Shown piece by piece: positions 54,352 through 63,623 of a DNA stretch of 64,000 nucleotides (within the stretch, counting starts at the first letter, position 1; every line of letters starts with the position of its first letter). The stretch is from Deltaproteobacteria bacterium (GTDB taxonomy: Bacteria > Desulfobacterota > Desulfobacteria > Desulfobacterales > C00003060), in the NCBI GenBank assembly GCA_016930875.1, contig JAFGFW010000026.1, positions 1,755-65,754 on the forward strand. Direction: 5' to 3'. The translations under genes and the position numbers were made by a program. The notes beneath the pieces are model-generated. The model was given only the letters and a program-made list of their open reading frames with translations, ran no database searches and had not been told where the DNA came from.

Positions 54352-56367
54352 CTACATTGCAATACCCTGCCACTGGAGAGGCTCGTCTTCGTAATCCCTC
54401 GTCAGAGACCAGGGCTCCAGTATGTCCTCTGAAATGCCTTCGATAAATCGCGAGGGGCTTGACAGGACCATCCCTGTGCCTCGATCATATATTTTCACCG
54501 GATAGGAAAAGAAGAGATTCTCTTTCGCCCGCGAGGCAGCCACATACATAAGCCTAAGCTCTTCCTCCATATCTTCGTCACTGCGTACAATGTAAGCAGC
54601 CGGAAATCGGCCCTCCAGGGTCCAGATGATAAAGACCGTGTGCCATTCCAGCCCCTTTGCTGAATGAATCGTGGAAAGAACAAGTTGCTCATCATTATAA
54701 TCGGCGGCAAGAACGTCGTCTATGCTGGCATTGGGAGGCTCCAGGGCCATATCAGAAAGGAATTTCTCAATGCCCTTGTAACGTTCCATTATCGTTAAGA
54801 GGTGCTCAAGGTCCTTGGCACGCTTGGGATGATCGTCAAACTTCCTTTCTAAAATGGCTTGATAATACTGCACAAGCCTTGCGCCAATATCAGCCACGGA
54901 AAGGCGATCTGCCTGGAGGTCTTCAAGCGCGTCTTTAAACCTTTCAAAGGCCTGGGCATAACGAGGTTTCGGTTTGATGGCGGCCAAGCCGCCAACACCC
55001 TTGCCTGAGCTCGCCACGCCGTGAAATATTTCGTCTGCCGCCTTGGGTCCGACGTTTTCCAACAAAAGGAGCGCCCGATGCCAGCTAACAGAATCCAGGG
55101 GATTGGCCAGAATCCGCATGTGAGCCAGAAGGTCTTTGATGTGGGCCGTTTCCATGAACTTAAACCCGCCCACCTTTACAAATGGGATGTTTCTCCCATT
55201 CAGCTCAATCTCCAGGTCAAAGGCATGATAACCGGACCTAAACAGCACGGCAATCTCACCAAGGGGAATACCTTCTTCTCGCAGTTCAAGGATCTTCTGG
55301 GCTACAAACTGTGACTGCATATGCTCATCTTCCGCCATCACCAGGGCAGGAGGAACGCCCCCTTTTTTCCGCGTAAAGAGCACCTTGGTGTATTTTCTTT
55401 GCGCCCGATCAATAATGACATTGGTTACGTCAAGTATGGGCTGTGTGCTGCGATAGTTTTCTTCCAACTTAATCGTCTTTGTGCCTGGAAATATTTCGGG
55501 GAAATCCATGATATTTCCGATATTAGCCCCTCGGAAGGCATAAATAGACTGGGACTCGTCCCCCACTACCATCACGTTATTGTGCGTAGCAGCAAGGAGT
55601 CTGACAATATCGGCCTGAATCCTGTTGGTATCCTGGTATTCATCCACCATGATGTAACGATACGTGTGCGAGAGTGTCTCCCTCACAGCCTGGTTTCCTT
55701 CAAGCAAGACCTTCATGTAAAGCAAGAGATCATCGTAATCCATCATGCAATGCTCTTTCTTGTACGTTTCATAGGCCTTATGAAGGCGCAGCAGGTCCGG
55801 CGCATCCTTTACAAAATGGGGGTGATCTTCAAGGATAACCTCCTCAATGGCAACTCCCTTGTTCACAGCCTTGCTATAGATGTTGACTATGGTCCTCTTC
55901 TGCGGAAAGCGCCGCCCCTTGAGATTCAAGTTCAGCCTGGCGCGGAGAAGACTAATCACGTCTTCTGAGTCGGCACGATCCAGAATGTTGAACCCTGACC
56001 CAAAACCGATCTCTTTGGCATGTCTTCTCAAAGTTAAGTTGGCAAAAGAATGAAAGGTGCCGCCTGCCACCTTTTCACAGCGCTCATCCAGCACGACGGC
56101 GGCTCTTCGAAGCATCTCCTGTGATGCCTTCCGCGTAAAGGTCAGCAGCAAAACGGAACCGGGCGGCACACCTTCCTCCACGAGTCGGGCAACCCGATAT
56201 GTGAGGGTCCTGGTCTTGCCGCTCCCTGCCCCGGCAACTACAAGAAGGGGCCCCTGCAAAGTGGTTACAGCCTCATATTGAGCAGGATTCAGGACCTCCT
56301 TGTATGGGATGGAAAAGGCCTGCTCTTGCAGCTGGCAGGGCTCTTCTTTGATAAGGTATTGTTTCAT
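54352..56367 (-). CDS. UvrD/PcrA/Rep family ATP-dependent DNA helicase
   Basis: start at ATG 56367 (MKQYLIKEE); Walker A AGAGSGKT, VDEYQDTN, SF1 motifs through VLSTIHSAKGLEW. Confidence 0.85.
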   Translation of the reverse strand: MKQYLIKEEPCQLQEQAFSIPYKEVLNPAQYEAVTTLQGPLLVVAGAGSGKTRTLTYRVARLVEEGVPPGSVLLLTFTRKASQEMLRRAAVVLDERCEKVAGGTFHSFANLTLRRHAKEIGFGSGFNILDRADSEDVISLLRARLNLNLKGRRFPQKRTIVNIYSKAVNKGVAIEEVILEDHPHFVKDAPDLLRLHKAYETYKKEHCMMDYDDLLLYMKVLLEGNQAVRETLSHTYRYIMVDEYQDTNRIQADIVRLLAATHNNVMVVGDESQSIYAFRGANIGNIMDFPEIFPGTKTIKLEENYRSTQPILDVTNVIIDRAQRKYTKVLFTRKKGGVPPALVMAEDEHMQSQFVAQKILELREEGIPLGEIAVLFRSGYHAFDLEIELNGRNIPFVKVGGFKFMETAHIKDLLAHMRILANPLDSVSWHRALLLLENVGPKAADEIFHGVASSGKGVGGLAAIKPKPRYAQAFERFKDALEDLQADRLSVADIGARLVQYYQAILERKFDDHPKRAKDLEHLLTIMERYKGIEKFLSDMALEPPNASIDDVLAADYNDEQLVLSTIHSAKGLEWHTVFIIWTLEGRFPAAYIVRSDEDMEEELRLMYVAASRAKENLFFSYPVKIYDRGTGMVLSSPSRFIEGISEDILEPWSLTRDYEDEPLQWQGIAM

Positions 56368-56386
56368 TGGCGGAACGAAACGACTG

Positions 56387-56605
56387 CTATATGAAATTGT
56401 CGATATTCTTGACAAAACTCTCGAAGTCATTCTCCAGCAAAAAGCGAGAAATCATCTCACTCACCTTGTCTGCTGTGTCAACGCGATAGCGCCCTTTTTC
56501 GTCACGCCCGGCGACCTTCTTGGCATTTTGCACAATGGCCTGCAGCGAAGCAGTGGTCATTTCCACGTTTGCACGAACCACCATTGTGTCCTTAGACTCA
56601 GACAT
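56387..56605 (-). CDS. hypothetical 72-aa protein
   Basis: ATG with AAGGAGAG SD; sits 21 nt after the PilZ gene and 19 nt before the helicase gene; no recognisable domain. Confidence 0.55.
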   Translation of the reverse strand: MSESKDTMVVRANVEMTTASLQAIVQNAKKVAGRDEKGRYRVDTADKVSEMISRFLLENDFESFVKNIDNFI

Positions 56606-56626
56606 ACGCTCTCTCCTTGTGTTCTA

Positions 56627-56977
56627 TTAGATGCCTGGTAGCGGGATGGTATGCTTGAAAAGACTAAAACAGAGATCCATAGACATGGCATCTCTTGGGG
56701 GCAAGTCTATGAACTCAATGCCAACACCCTTTTCAGATACATGGGCAACCCGAGCCTTCACCTGAATGGCCTTCTTTTCCCGGGGAAGCTTCATTTTCAG
56801 ATAGATTTCATCCCCGCTCTTAAACTGTGATGGGTCCTCCGTCTGAATAAAGACCCCGTAAAGACCGAAGTTTCTGACCTCCTTTAACCCCTGTCTCCCC
56901 CTTACCATCACAGACAGACGGAAATCTATCCGCGGGCTTCCTCTCTTCTCCTTTGACGGGTTCTCTTTCACTGTCAT
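56627..56977 (-). CDS. PilZ domain protein (putative c-di-GMP receptor)
   Basis: 116 aa; KRGSPRIDFR (RxxxR) and NFGLYGVFI (D/NxSxxG-like) motifs. Confidence 0.75.
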   Translation of the reverse strand: MTVKENPSKEKRGSPRIDFRLSVMVRGRQGLKEVRNFGLYGVFIQTEDPSQFKSGDEIYLKMKLPREKKAIQVKARVAHVSEKGVGIEFIDLPPRDAMSMDLCFSLFKHTIPLPGI

Positions 56978-57130
56978 GCAAAAATCTTCCGGGATGTTTC
57001 TAGGACGGACACCATATTCTCATCCGAAGTTTCCCCCAAACGAATATTATATGTTTGTTGAAATGTCAACGAACTGCCATCTGAAACAGCTCTTCCCTCA
57101 GGGTCTGTACTCAGGTCAGGATGGGGACTT

Positions 57131-57162
57131 AAGGTTTTTTCTGAAAGGCGATATCTCTGTTA
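57131..57162 (+). repeat. copy A of a 32-nt sequence shared by two divergent intergenic regions
   Basis: AAGGTTTTTTCTGAAAGGCGATATCTCTGTTA; 27/32 identical to 63189-63220. Confidence 0.8.
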
Positions 57163-57308
57163 CCTGGCACGGATTCTCGCACAGCTTGAACTTTTTTGTC
57201 GATCTTCTCTTATTTTTTCTTGAATCCTGCACGGTATGTCCTGTAGTCTTTAATGATGGCAAGACCTGGAATTACAAAACTCTTATCCTCAAAGGAGGCT
57301 TAAGCCAC

Positions 57309-57740
57309 ATGAGCAATTCCCTTGACAAGTTTGCCGATCGCTTGCAAGAAGAGATCAATCAAGAAGTCATGGAAACTTACGGAGAGCAGGTGTACGAGCG
57401 ATGGCGCAATCCACGGTTTGGAGGTCCCATGGAAAATCCCACAGGGCGCGGTCGTGTGACCGGAAGCTGCGGTGATACCATGGAGATCTTTCTCCGACTC
57501 GAGAACGGTATTGTCTCTGACGCATCCTATACGACGGACGGATGTGGTTGCAGCGCCGTATGCGCTTTAGTGGCCTGTGAACTGGCCATCAAAAAAGAGC
57601 CCGAGATGTTAACAGAAATTACTGGCGAGGCAATCCTTGGAGTCCTTGGAGGTCTCCCTGAAGATGACGTTCACTGCGCCTTTTTGGCTGCTGAAACCCT
57701 GGAAGCTGCCCTGGACGCATGTATGCGCCAGGGCAGTTAA
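57309..57740 (+). CDS. IscU/NifU N-terminal-like iron-sulfur cluster scaffold protein
   Basis: 143 aa from ATG 57309 (GGAGG upstream); three conserved Cys (GSCGD, DGCGCS, HCAFLAAETL). Confidence 0.8.
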   Translation: MSNSLDKFADRLQEEINQEVMETYGEQVYERWRNPRFGGPMENPTGRGRVTGSCGDTMEIFLRLENGIVSDASYTTDGCGCSAVCALVACELAIKKEPEMLTEITGEAILGVLGGLPEDDVHCAFLAAETLEAALDACMRQGS

Positions 57741-57814
57741 GGGCCAAGTCAAAAATAACTTGGCTTCTTGGAATTTCAACGGCTTGGAATAAATAACCTG
57801 TAATCAACACGATT

Positions 57815-59116
57815 ATGCAGAATTTTCAACGCTGGAAAGATTATCAAAGGAAGTTGCAGCGAAAAGCCCTTGGCAAAAGGCTTTTCAGGCAAGGCTTCTG
57901 GTTCTTCCCGTGCTTGCTGTTGTTAGGGCTGGCAACGCAATTCTCCAAGGTTGATCTGTCAACCGGTTCTTTAGAAAAGTCGGCTGACACCTCAAACGTG
58001 TTGATGAAAAAAGACCTCAGGGGGCTGATAGAAGATCCCGAGGTTCTGTGCAACGGCCCCGGTGGCAAGATCCATCTCAGTTACTCCGGCAATTCCTTTT
58101 CCACGAAAACAACCCTGGACAGCAGTCTTCAAGCCTATATGTCGAAAAAAATCCACGGCTCCAAATCCCCTCTGATTGGATTTATCGCTATGGAGCCCGC
58201 ATCCGGAAGGATACTTTCCCTGGTCGATTCCAAGAAAATGAAAGGGGTAAAGAGTGTCTGCCTCAGCAGTCAATTCCCGGCCGCAAGTATCTTTAAGATC
58301 GTTAGCGCTGCCGCTGCCATTGATCGCTGCAACATGTCAGCCGACACAAAATTGAAGTACAACGGACGCAAGCATACCCTTTACAAGAATCAATTGACCG
58401 ATCGAACGAATCGTTACACGAACAGTGTATCCCTGAAAGTCTCCTTTGCCGAATCGATCAATCCTGCATTCGGCAAACTGGGCATTTTCTGTCTGAAAAA
58501 AGACCTCCTTCAAAAATATGCTGTTCGATTTGGATTTAATCAACCGATTAATTTTGAACTCCCTCTTCAGCCGAGTCGGACTTCAGTCGATGACGATCCC
58601 TATCATTGGGCGGAACTGGCTTGCGGCTTTAATCGAGAAACCATGATATCTCCCGTTCATGGGGCAATGATGGCCGCCGCGATTCTCAATGATGGAAAGC
58701 TCGTGGAACCAACGATCATTGAAGTCATAACCGACAATGAGAATAACCCTGTCTATTCCGGCAATACCCGCGTCATCAGACAGGTCCTGACCCCAAAATC
58801 GAGTCGGGAGATGAAAGAATTGATGGCGGCAACGATTTCTCGTGGCACAAGCAGGCGCGCTTTCAGGGGATTTCGGCGCGATCGGATCTTGAAAAAGCTT
58901 CTTATCGGCGGAAAAACAGGTTCGATCAAAAACAAGAGCGATGAGTTGCTCTATGATTGGTTCGTGGGTTTCTGTGCGGAAAAAGCCGGCACGAGAAAGC
59001 TAGCCCTTGCAGTATTAGTTGTACACGACAAACTCCTCAGGGCAAGGGCTCAAGAATATGCCCGTCTTGCCATGAGACACTATTTCAAGAAACCTTCACC
59101 ACGCGGCATCTCCTAA
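57815..59116 (+). CDS. penicillin-binding protein transpeptidase-domain protein
   Basis: 433 aa; N-terminal TM anchor, SxxK (ASIFK), SxN (SIN), KTG (GGKTGS). Confidence 0.8.
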   Translation: MQNFQRWKDYQRKLQRKALGKRLFRQGFWFFPCLLLLGLATQFSKVDLSTGSLEKSADTSNVLMKKDLRGLIEDPEVLCNGPGGKIHLSYSGNSFSTKTTLDSSLQAYMSKKIHGSKSPLIGFIAMEPASGRILSLVDSKKMKGVKSVCLSSQFPAASIFKIVSAAAAIDRCNMSADTKLKYNGRKHTLYKNQLTDRTNRYTNSVSLKVSFAESINPAFGKLGIFCLKKDLLQKYAVRFGFNQPINFELPLQPSRTSVDDDPYHWAELACGFNRETMISPVHGAMMAAAILNDGKLVEPTIIEVITDNENNPVYSGNTRVIRQVLTPKSSREMKELMAATISRGTSRRAFRGFRRDRILKKLLIGGKTGSIKNKSDELLYDWFVGFCAEKAGTRKLALAVLVVHDKLLRARAQEYARLAMRHYFKKPSPRGIS

Positions 59117-59137
59117 CCGATAAATCATGAGGTGATC

Positions 59138-59659
59138 ATGTCCCGGAAAGCCCTGATTGTCGTCGATATGGTAAACGATTTTGTGGATGAAAATGGCGCC
59201 TTGTATTGCGGCCAATCGGCTCGCGATATCATCCCTTTTGTCAAGAACCGTATATCGTGCTACCGCAAAGCCGGGGACCTTGTCGTCTATCTGCAGGATT
59301 CCCATGCAGAAGATGACAAGGAGTTCGATAGATTTCCAAAGCATTGCATAACTGGCACATGGGGGCACAGGATCGTGCCGGAACTTGTCCCGGCCGAAGG
59401 AGATACCGTCATACAAAAAAGACGTTACAGCGGCTTCTTTGAAACTGAACTGAGCGATTTGTTAGAAAAGCACGGAATTCGAGATGTGGAGGTTATAGGA
59501 GTCTGCACGAATATCTGCGTTATGGACACCGTCGGGGGGCTTGCCAATCGAGATTACAATGTCACAGTGCCGAGAGCAGGTGCGGCCGACTTTGACCCTG
59601 AGTTTCACGAATTTGCCCTCAAGCGTATGGACAAGATCTACGGAGCTACAATCCTATGA
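59138..59659 (+). CDS. pncA: isochorismatase-family cysteine hydrolase (nicotinamidase-like)
   Basis: ALIVVDMVNDF, catalytic Cys in GVCTNICV; ATGA overlap with the NAPRTase gene. Confidence 0.75.
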   Translation: MSRKALIVVDMVNDFVDENGALYCGQSARDIIPFVKNRISCYRKAGDLVVYLQDSHAEDDKEFDRFPKHCITGTWGHRIVPELVPAEGDTVIQKRRYSGFFETELSDLLEKHGIRDVEVIGVCTNICVMDTVGGLANRDYNVTVPRAGAADFDPEFHEFALKRMDKIYGATIL

Positions 59660-60987
59660 CAGGCCTTCCTCACAGAGTCGAGCTTCTGATCGATCTTTAC
59701 GAACTCACTATGGCTGCCAGCTACCTTGAAAACGGCATGACCGATCATGCCACATTTTCGCTATTTATAAGAAAATATCCACCTAACAGGGGCTATTTTG
59801 TAGCAGCAGGCCTTGAGGACTTCCTTGAATACGTGGCTAACTTCCATTTTTCAAAAAGCGATCTAGCTTATCTGGATAGTACCCGCACGTTTTCACAGGA
59901 GTTTCTCGACTATCTCAAGGAGATGCGTTTTACGGGTAGCATCCGGGCCATGGGCGAGGGAGAGATCTTTTTTCAGGACGAACCGATCCTTGAAGTGACA
60001 GCTCCGGTCATAGAAGCTCAAATTCTGGAAACATTCGTAATCAACACCATAAGCCTCCAGACCATGATTGCCACTAAGGCATCCCGATGTGTCCACGCGG
60101 CGGCCGGTCGCGGGCTTGTCGATTTCTCCCTTCGAAGGACTCACGGAATCGATGCCGGCTTAAAGGTTGCCCGCAGCAGCTATATTGTCGGATTTGGCGC
60201 CACCAGCAATGTGCTTGCCGGAAAGCTCTACGGTATCACCACCGCAGGAACCATGGCCCATTCCTACATCAGTTCCTTTGGAGATGAGATTGAAGCTTTC
60301 AGGGCTTTTGCCCGGTCCTTTCCGAAAAAAACCATTCTCCTCATCGACACCTATGACACCGTGGCCGGCGCCAAAAAGGCGTCTATCGTGGGGCAGGAAA
60401 TGGCCAAAAAAGGGGGCAAGCTGTTGGGGGTTCGTCTGGACAGCGGCGACATGACCCTGCTGAGCCGGCAAGTACGCAAAATCCTGGATGAATCAGGCCT
60501 TCAAGACACGGATATCTTTGCCAGTAGCAGTTTTGATGAGTACAAGATCGCCAAAACCATTAAAGACGGGGCCAGAATTGACGCCTTTGGGGTAGGAACC
60601 AAGATGGGGGTTTCTGCCGATTCCCCCTATTTTGACATAGTATACAAGCTCGTCCAATACGCAGACCGCCCCATTATTAAGCGCAGCACCGGCAAGGTGA
60701 ATCTGGCCGGCAAAAAGCAGGTCTTTAGAAGATCGGAAAAGGACGGGCTTTTTTTTGAAGATGTCATCGGGCTGCAAGACGAGACCTTAGAAGACGGACT
60801 ACCCTTGTTGGAAACGGTGATGGAAAACGGAAAGTGCATGCGCCCACACCCCCCGCTTCAGGTAATTCGGGATAGATTCAAAAAGAATTTTTCCTCACTT
60901 CATGAAAGGCACAAATTGCTGCAGAACAGCACACCTTACCCCGTTAGAATAAGCAGCCAGCTACAAAAATTGCAAGAAAGCTTGTAA
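59656..60987 (+). CDS. pncB: nicotinate phosphoribosyltransferase
   Basis: 443 aa; LYELTMAASY N-terminus and AGTMAHSYI motif of the NAPRTase family. Confidence 0.8.
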   Translation: MTGLPHRVELLIDLYELTMAASYLENGMTDHATFSLFIRKYPPNRGYFVAAGLEDFLEYVANFHFSKSDLAYLDSTRTFSQEFLDYLKEMRFTGSIRAMGEGEIFFQDEPILEVTAPVIEAQILETFVINTISLQTMIATKASRCVHAAAGRGLVDFSLRRTHGIDAGLKVARSSYIVGFGATSNVLAGKLYGITTAGTMAHSYISSFGDEIEAFRAFARSFPKKTILLIDTYDTVAGAKKASIVGQEMAKKGGKLLGVRLDSGDMTLLSRQVRKILDESGLQDTDIFASSSFDEYKIAKTIKDGARIDAFGVGTKMGVSADSPYFDIVYKLVQYADRPIIKRSTGKVNLAGKKQVFRRSEKDGLFFEDVIGLQDETLEDGLPLLETVMENGKCMRPHPPLQVIRDRFKKNFSSLHERHKLLQNSTPYPVRISSQLQKLQESL

Positions 60988-61025
60988 CCGTTCCACGGCA
61001 ACGTCAAAGCGGGGTCAGGAAAGAT

Positions 61026-61724
61026 ATGCATTTTCAGGCTGTAATCTTTGATCTAGATGGGACGCTGCTTGACACCCTGGCAGACATTGCTGACTCGGTG
61101 AACAGTACCTTGGCAAGATTCGGGCTTCCCACCCATGGGGTGGGCACGTATCGCCAATTCATCGGTGACGGCATCACCATGCTTGTCTCACGTGCACTGC
61201 CTGCTGAAAAACGCAATGATGATATTGTAACGGATTGTGTAAAGGTATTTCGAGAAAACTATAGCCGCAACTGGAAGGTAAACACCAGGCCATATCACGA
61301 TGTGGAGGAACTCCTGGACTCGCTCTCCGCCAAGCACGTGAAGATGGCCGTGCTATCGAATAAACCTGACGATTTCACCAAGCGTTGTATCGATGAGCTC
61401 TTGCCGAACCACGGCTTTGAAATGATTTTAGGCCAGCGTGATGGCATTCCGAGGAAGCCTGACCCCGCTGGCGCTCTCGAAATAGCTGAGGGCCTCGGTA
61501 TCAAACCATCTCGATTTCTGTATCTGGGAGATTCGGCTGTCGACATGGAGACAGCCGTCCGTGCAGGCATGTTCCCGGTAGGGGCGCTGTGGGGTTTTAG
61601 ACCGCTGGAGGAGTTATGGGAACATGGTGCGCAGGCAGTGATCCATGGGCCGATGGAGCTCTTGGGGCTCTTGAAAAAATTGAGGAATTACGAATTCAGC
61701 ATGGCATTTTTAGAACAGGCGTAA
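61026..61724 (+). CDS. HAD-superfamily hydrolase (phosphoglycolate phosphatase-like)
   Basis: 232 aa; motif I VIFDLDGTLLDT, motif II SNK, motif IV GDSAVD. Confidence 0.8.
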   Translation: MHFQAVIFDLDGTLLDTLADIADSVNSTLARFGLPTHGVGTYRQFIGDGITMLVSRALPAEKRNDDIVTDCVKVFRENYSRNWKVNTRPYHDVEELLDSLSAKHVKMAVLSNKPDDFTKRCIDELLPNHGFEMILGQRDGIPRKPDPAGALEIAEGLGIKPSRFLYLGDSAVDMETAVRAGMFPVGALWGFRPLEELWEHGAQAVIHGPMELLGLLKKLRNYEFSMAFLEQA

Positions 61725-61772
61725 TCTCCTATCTACCGAGAATCTAAAACCCCAAAATCTTTATCTGGAAGT

Positions 61773-62537
61773 CTATACTTCAAAGACAGCCCTAACTGCG
61801 AAGTGATCAGAGGGGTGAATATCACCTACGGTTTCAAGAAGAACGTCGCACTCCTTGAGGCAAAGGTGTCCCCGATACAAGATCCAGTCAATATGGCCGG
61901 CAGCCGGCTCTCCTGTGAAGCGATGGAAGGTGCTGGGATACGGCATCGTAAAGGTCTCATTGAAATTTAAGCCCATTTCGCCATCAACCTCTTTGCCCGT
62001 GAGCCAGCGATAACAAGGGCTTTCAGGCGTGGCGTTGAAATCGCCCATCAAAATAGCGGCCGTGTCGTTCCCATAGGAACGAAGCTGTTCCTTGATAACA
62101 CGGGCAGCGCCCATCTGGGCAGGCGTGTCAAAATCAAAATGAGTGTTGATACAAATGAGGGGGCGGCTGTCTATGTGAAACATCCCCAATGTGCCCTGTC
62201 GCGGGAAGCGACTTCCAAAAGAGCGGCTTGGGACATGGGGTGTTTCGCTCAGAAAGAAATGAGCCATCTCATTGCACACAATCGGTTTGCGATAAAAGAG
62301 AATATTGTCCTGCCAGAATTCAGGCGCAGGAATACGCTTTCCTATGTATTGGTAATCGCGCAGGCTCTGGGCCAAAAAATCAACCTGGAAATCATTGGCT
62401 TCTTGCGTGGCAATGAAATCAGGGTGTTGGCTTTGAAAGAGCTTGACGACGCTTTGTTTGCGAAACTCCCACGAATTAGGCCCGTCGTCGGCAAGGCCAA
62501 AACGGAGGTTTAGGGACAGGACGGTAAGTTGTTTCAT
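61773..62537 (-). CDS. endonuclease/exonuclease/phosphatase (EEP) family protein
   Basis: 254 aa; SLNLRFG, ATQEAN, GDFNATP, and C-terminal PSDHFAV catalytic motifs. Confidence 0.8.
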   Translation of the reverse strand: MKQLTVLSLNLRFGLADDGPNSWEFRKQSVVKLFQSQHPDFIATQEANDFQVDFLAQSLRDYQYIGKRIPAPEFWQDNILFYRKPIVCNEMAHFFLSETPHVPSRSFGSRFPRQGTLGMFHIDSRPLICINTHFDFDTPAQMGAARVIKEQLRSYGNDTAAILMGDFNATPESPCYRWLTGKEVDGEMGLNFNETFTMPYPSTFHRFTGEPAAGHIDWILYRGHLCLKECDVLLETVGDIHPSDHFAVRAVFEV

Positions 62538-62552
62538 GTGGCCTCACGGGAT

Positions 62553-63161
62553 CTATGCTGCGTAAAGCAAAGGGAGATATCTGCCAATATCCGCGGGCGC
62601 CGATCTGAAATTGTCAAAGGTCATGTCGCTAAACGAAAGGGCTTCTTCCCGGCGGATGATCTCAAAGATCTCAAGATAGTTCAGTAAGATCCTTTCTTCC
62701 CACTTCAGGTCGAGACGGTTTGTGATGTCGAGAATGTCGGATTTCTGTCCCTCGATCTCCAGAAATACACCATAGGGCGTGGTGTCAATAAGCAGCTTTG
62801 TGTCTGCGAGAATAAAGGTTTCGCGCCACTTCTCATAGGTCTGCTCGGGATGAAAGCCGATACCTTCCAAAACAGCACGGCAGGTGTCAAAATCGTCTAC
62901 CTCTATCTCGAGTTCACGGTATATTTTGAAATCCCTGTCAGGATGGTCTGGTGGTGATTTGAAGGTCAACCTGGCCTTGTCATCTTTTCTGAGTCTCAAG
63001 AGTATGTCCTGGTTCTTGAAACTCTTTGCCGCATCTTCAAAGCAAATGTTAGTTTCAAAAAACCGCCCGGAAAAAGCGGCGCCCATGGAAAGCACGCGCT
63101 CACGTACGGAATTCACGTCGTGGAGATAGAACTTAACTTCGATCTCGACAGGATCATTCAT
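62553..63161 (-). CDS. CYTH domain protein (class IV adenylate cyclase / triphosphate tunnel metalloenzyme-like)
   Basis: 202 aa; N-terminal EIEVKF (ExExK) signature and tunnel-fold length. Confidence 0.7.
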   Translation of the reverse strand: MNDPVEIEVKFYLHDVNSVRERVLSMGAAFSGRFFETNICFEDAAKSFKNQDILLRLRKDDKARLTFKSPPDHPDRDFKIYRELEIEVDDFDTCRAVLEGIGFHPEQTYEKWRETFILADTKLLIDTTPYGVFLEIEGQKSDILDITNRLDLKWEERILLNYLEIFEIIRREEALSFSDMTFDNFRSAPADIGRYLPLLYAA

Positions 63162-63188
63162 GCAAAGTCCTTAATAACCAGGGGGGTG

Positions 63189-63220
63189 AAGGCTTTTTCT
63201 GGAAGGCGATATCCTTGTCA
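63189..63220 (+). repeat. copy B of the shared 32-nt intergenic sequence
   Basis: AAGGCTTTTTCTGGAAGGCGATATCCTTGTCA; 27/32 identical to 57131-57162, same orientation. Confidence 0.8.
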
Positions 63221-63447
63221 TTGACGCAAGTTTGCGCGATCGCCTTTCCCGTACTTCTTGAGAAGTTGCCATTCGTACATGTAATCTATTGGAAACAGGT
63301 CAAAATGTCAAGAACAGCCGTGAATCGCCTGCACGAACAAGCCGATCAAGGCTCGCCTTTGGGGCTACATTTATTTTCTTTAATGCTTTCATCGAATTAG
63401 CGTTTCTTTTCATAATGTACCACATATCGCGCACTTTTTTTTGTTGA

Positions 63448-63489
63448 CATACAACATGGTGTATGAAAAAGAGGAGACCTTGCTATAAT
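63448..63489 (+). promoter_or_regulatory. 18-bp near-palindrome next to an extended -10 promoter element upstream of the ribonucleotide reductase gene
   Basis: CATACAACATGGTGTATG (63448-63465, one mismatched pair) followed by TGcTATAAT (63481-63489). Confidence 0.35.
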
Positions 63490-63623
63490 TCACACTCATC
63501 CACAGATGTTCACATGTTCTCCTGGATGTGATTTCCGCTTTCCGCAAGAATTGAAGGTTCTTAAACTACCGTAAACATAAATTCCGTTAACACAATGTTT
63601 AAAGATCCTATTGGGGAGGTTCA

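Noticed and set aside
57165-57181. A sigma54-like TGGCACGGATTCTCGCA upstream of the IscU-like gene.
   Set aside because: The GG and GC dinucleotides are separated by 11 nt rather than the canonical 10. The related copy at 63221-63237 lacks the GG. No enhancer-binding protein gene is nearby.
56976-57308. The first 111 codons of the 254-aa + strand ORF preceding the IscU-like domain.
   Set aside because: This part has no SD and an odd composition, and it overlaps the PilZ start. GGAGG plus ATG at 57309 gives a normal-length IscU-like protein. I treat the region as a 5' UTR/promoter.
63162-63623. A cobalamin riboswitch or NrdR boxes upstream of the class II RNR gene.
   Set aside because: I could not find a B12-box-like GCCACTG/AGYCMGG core. 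The single palindrome does not match the NrdR-box consensus as I remember it, and there is no tandem second box. An Rfam/NrdR scan is needed to be sure.
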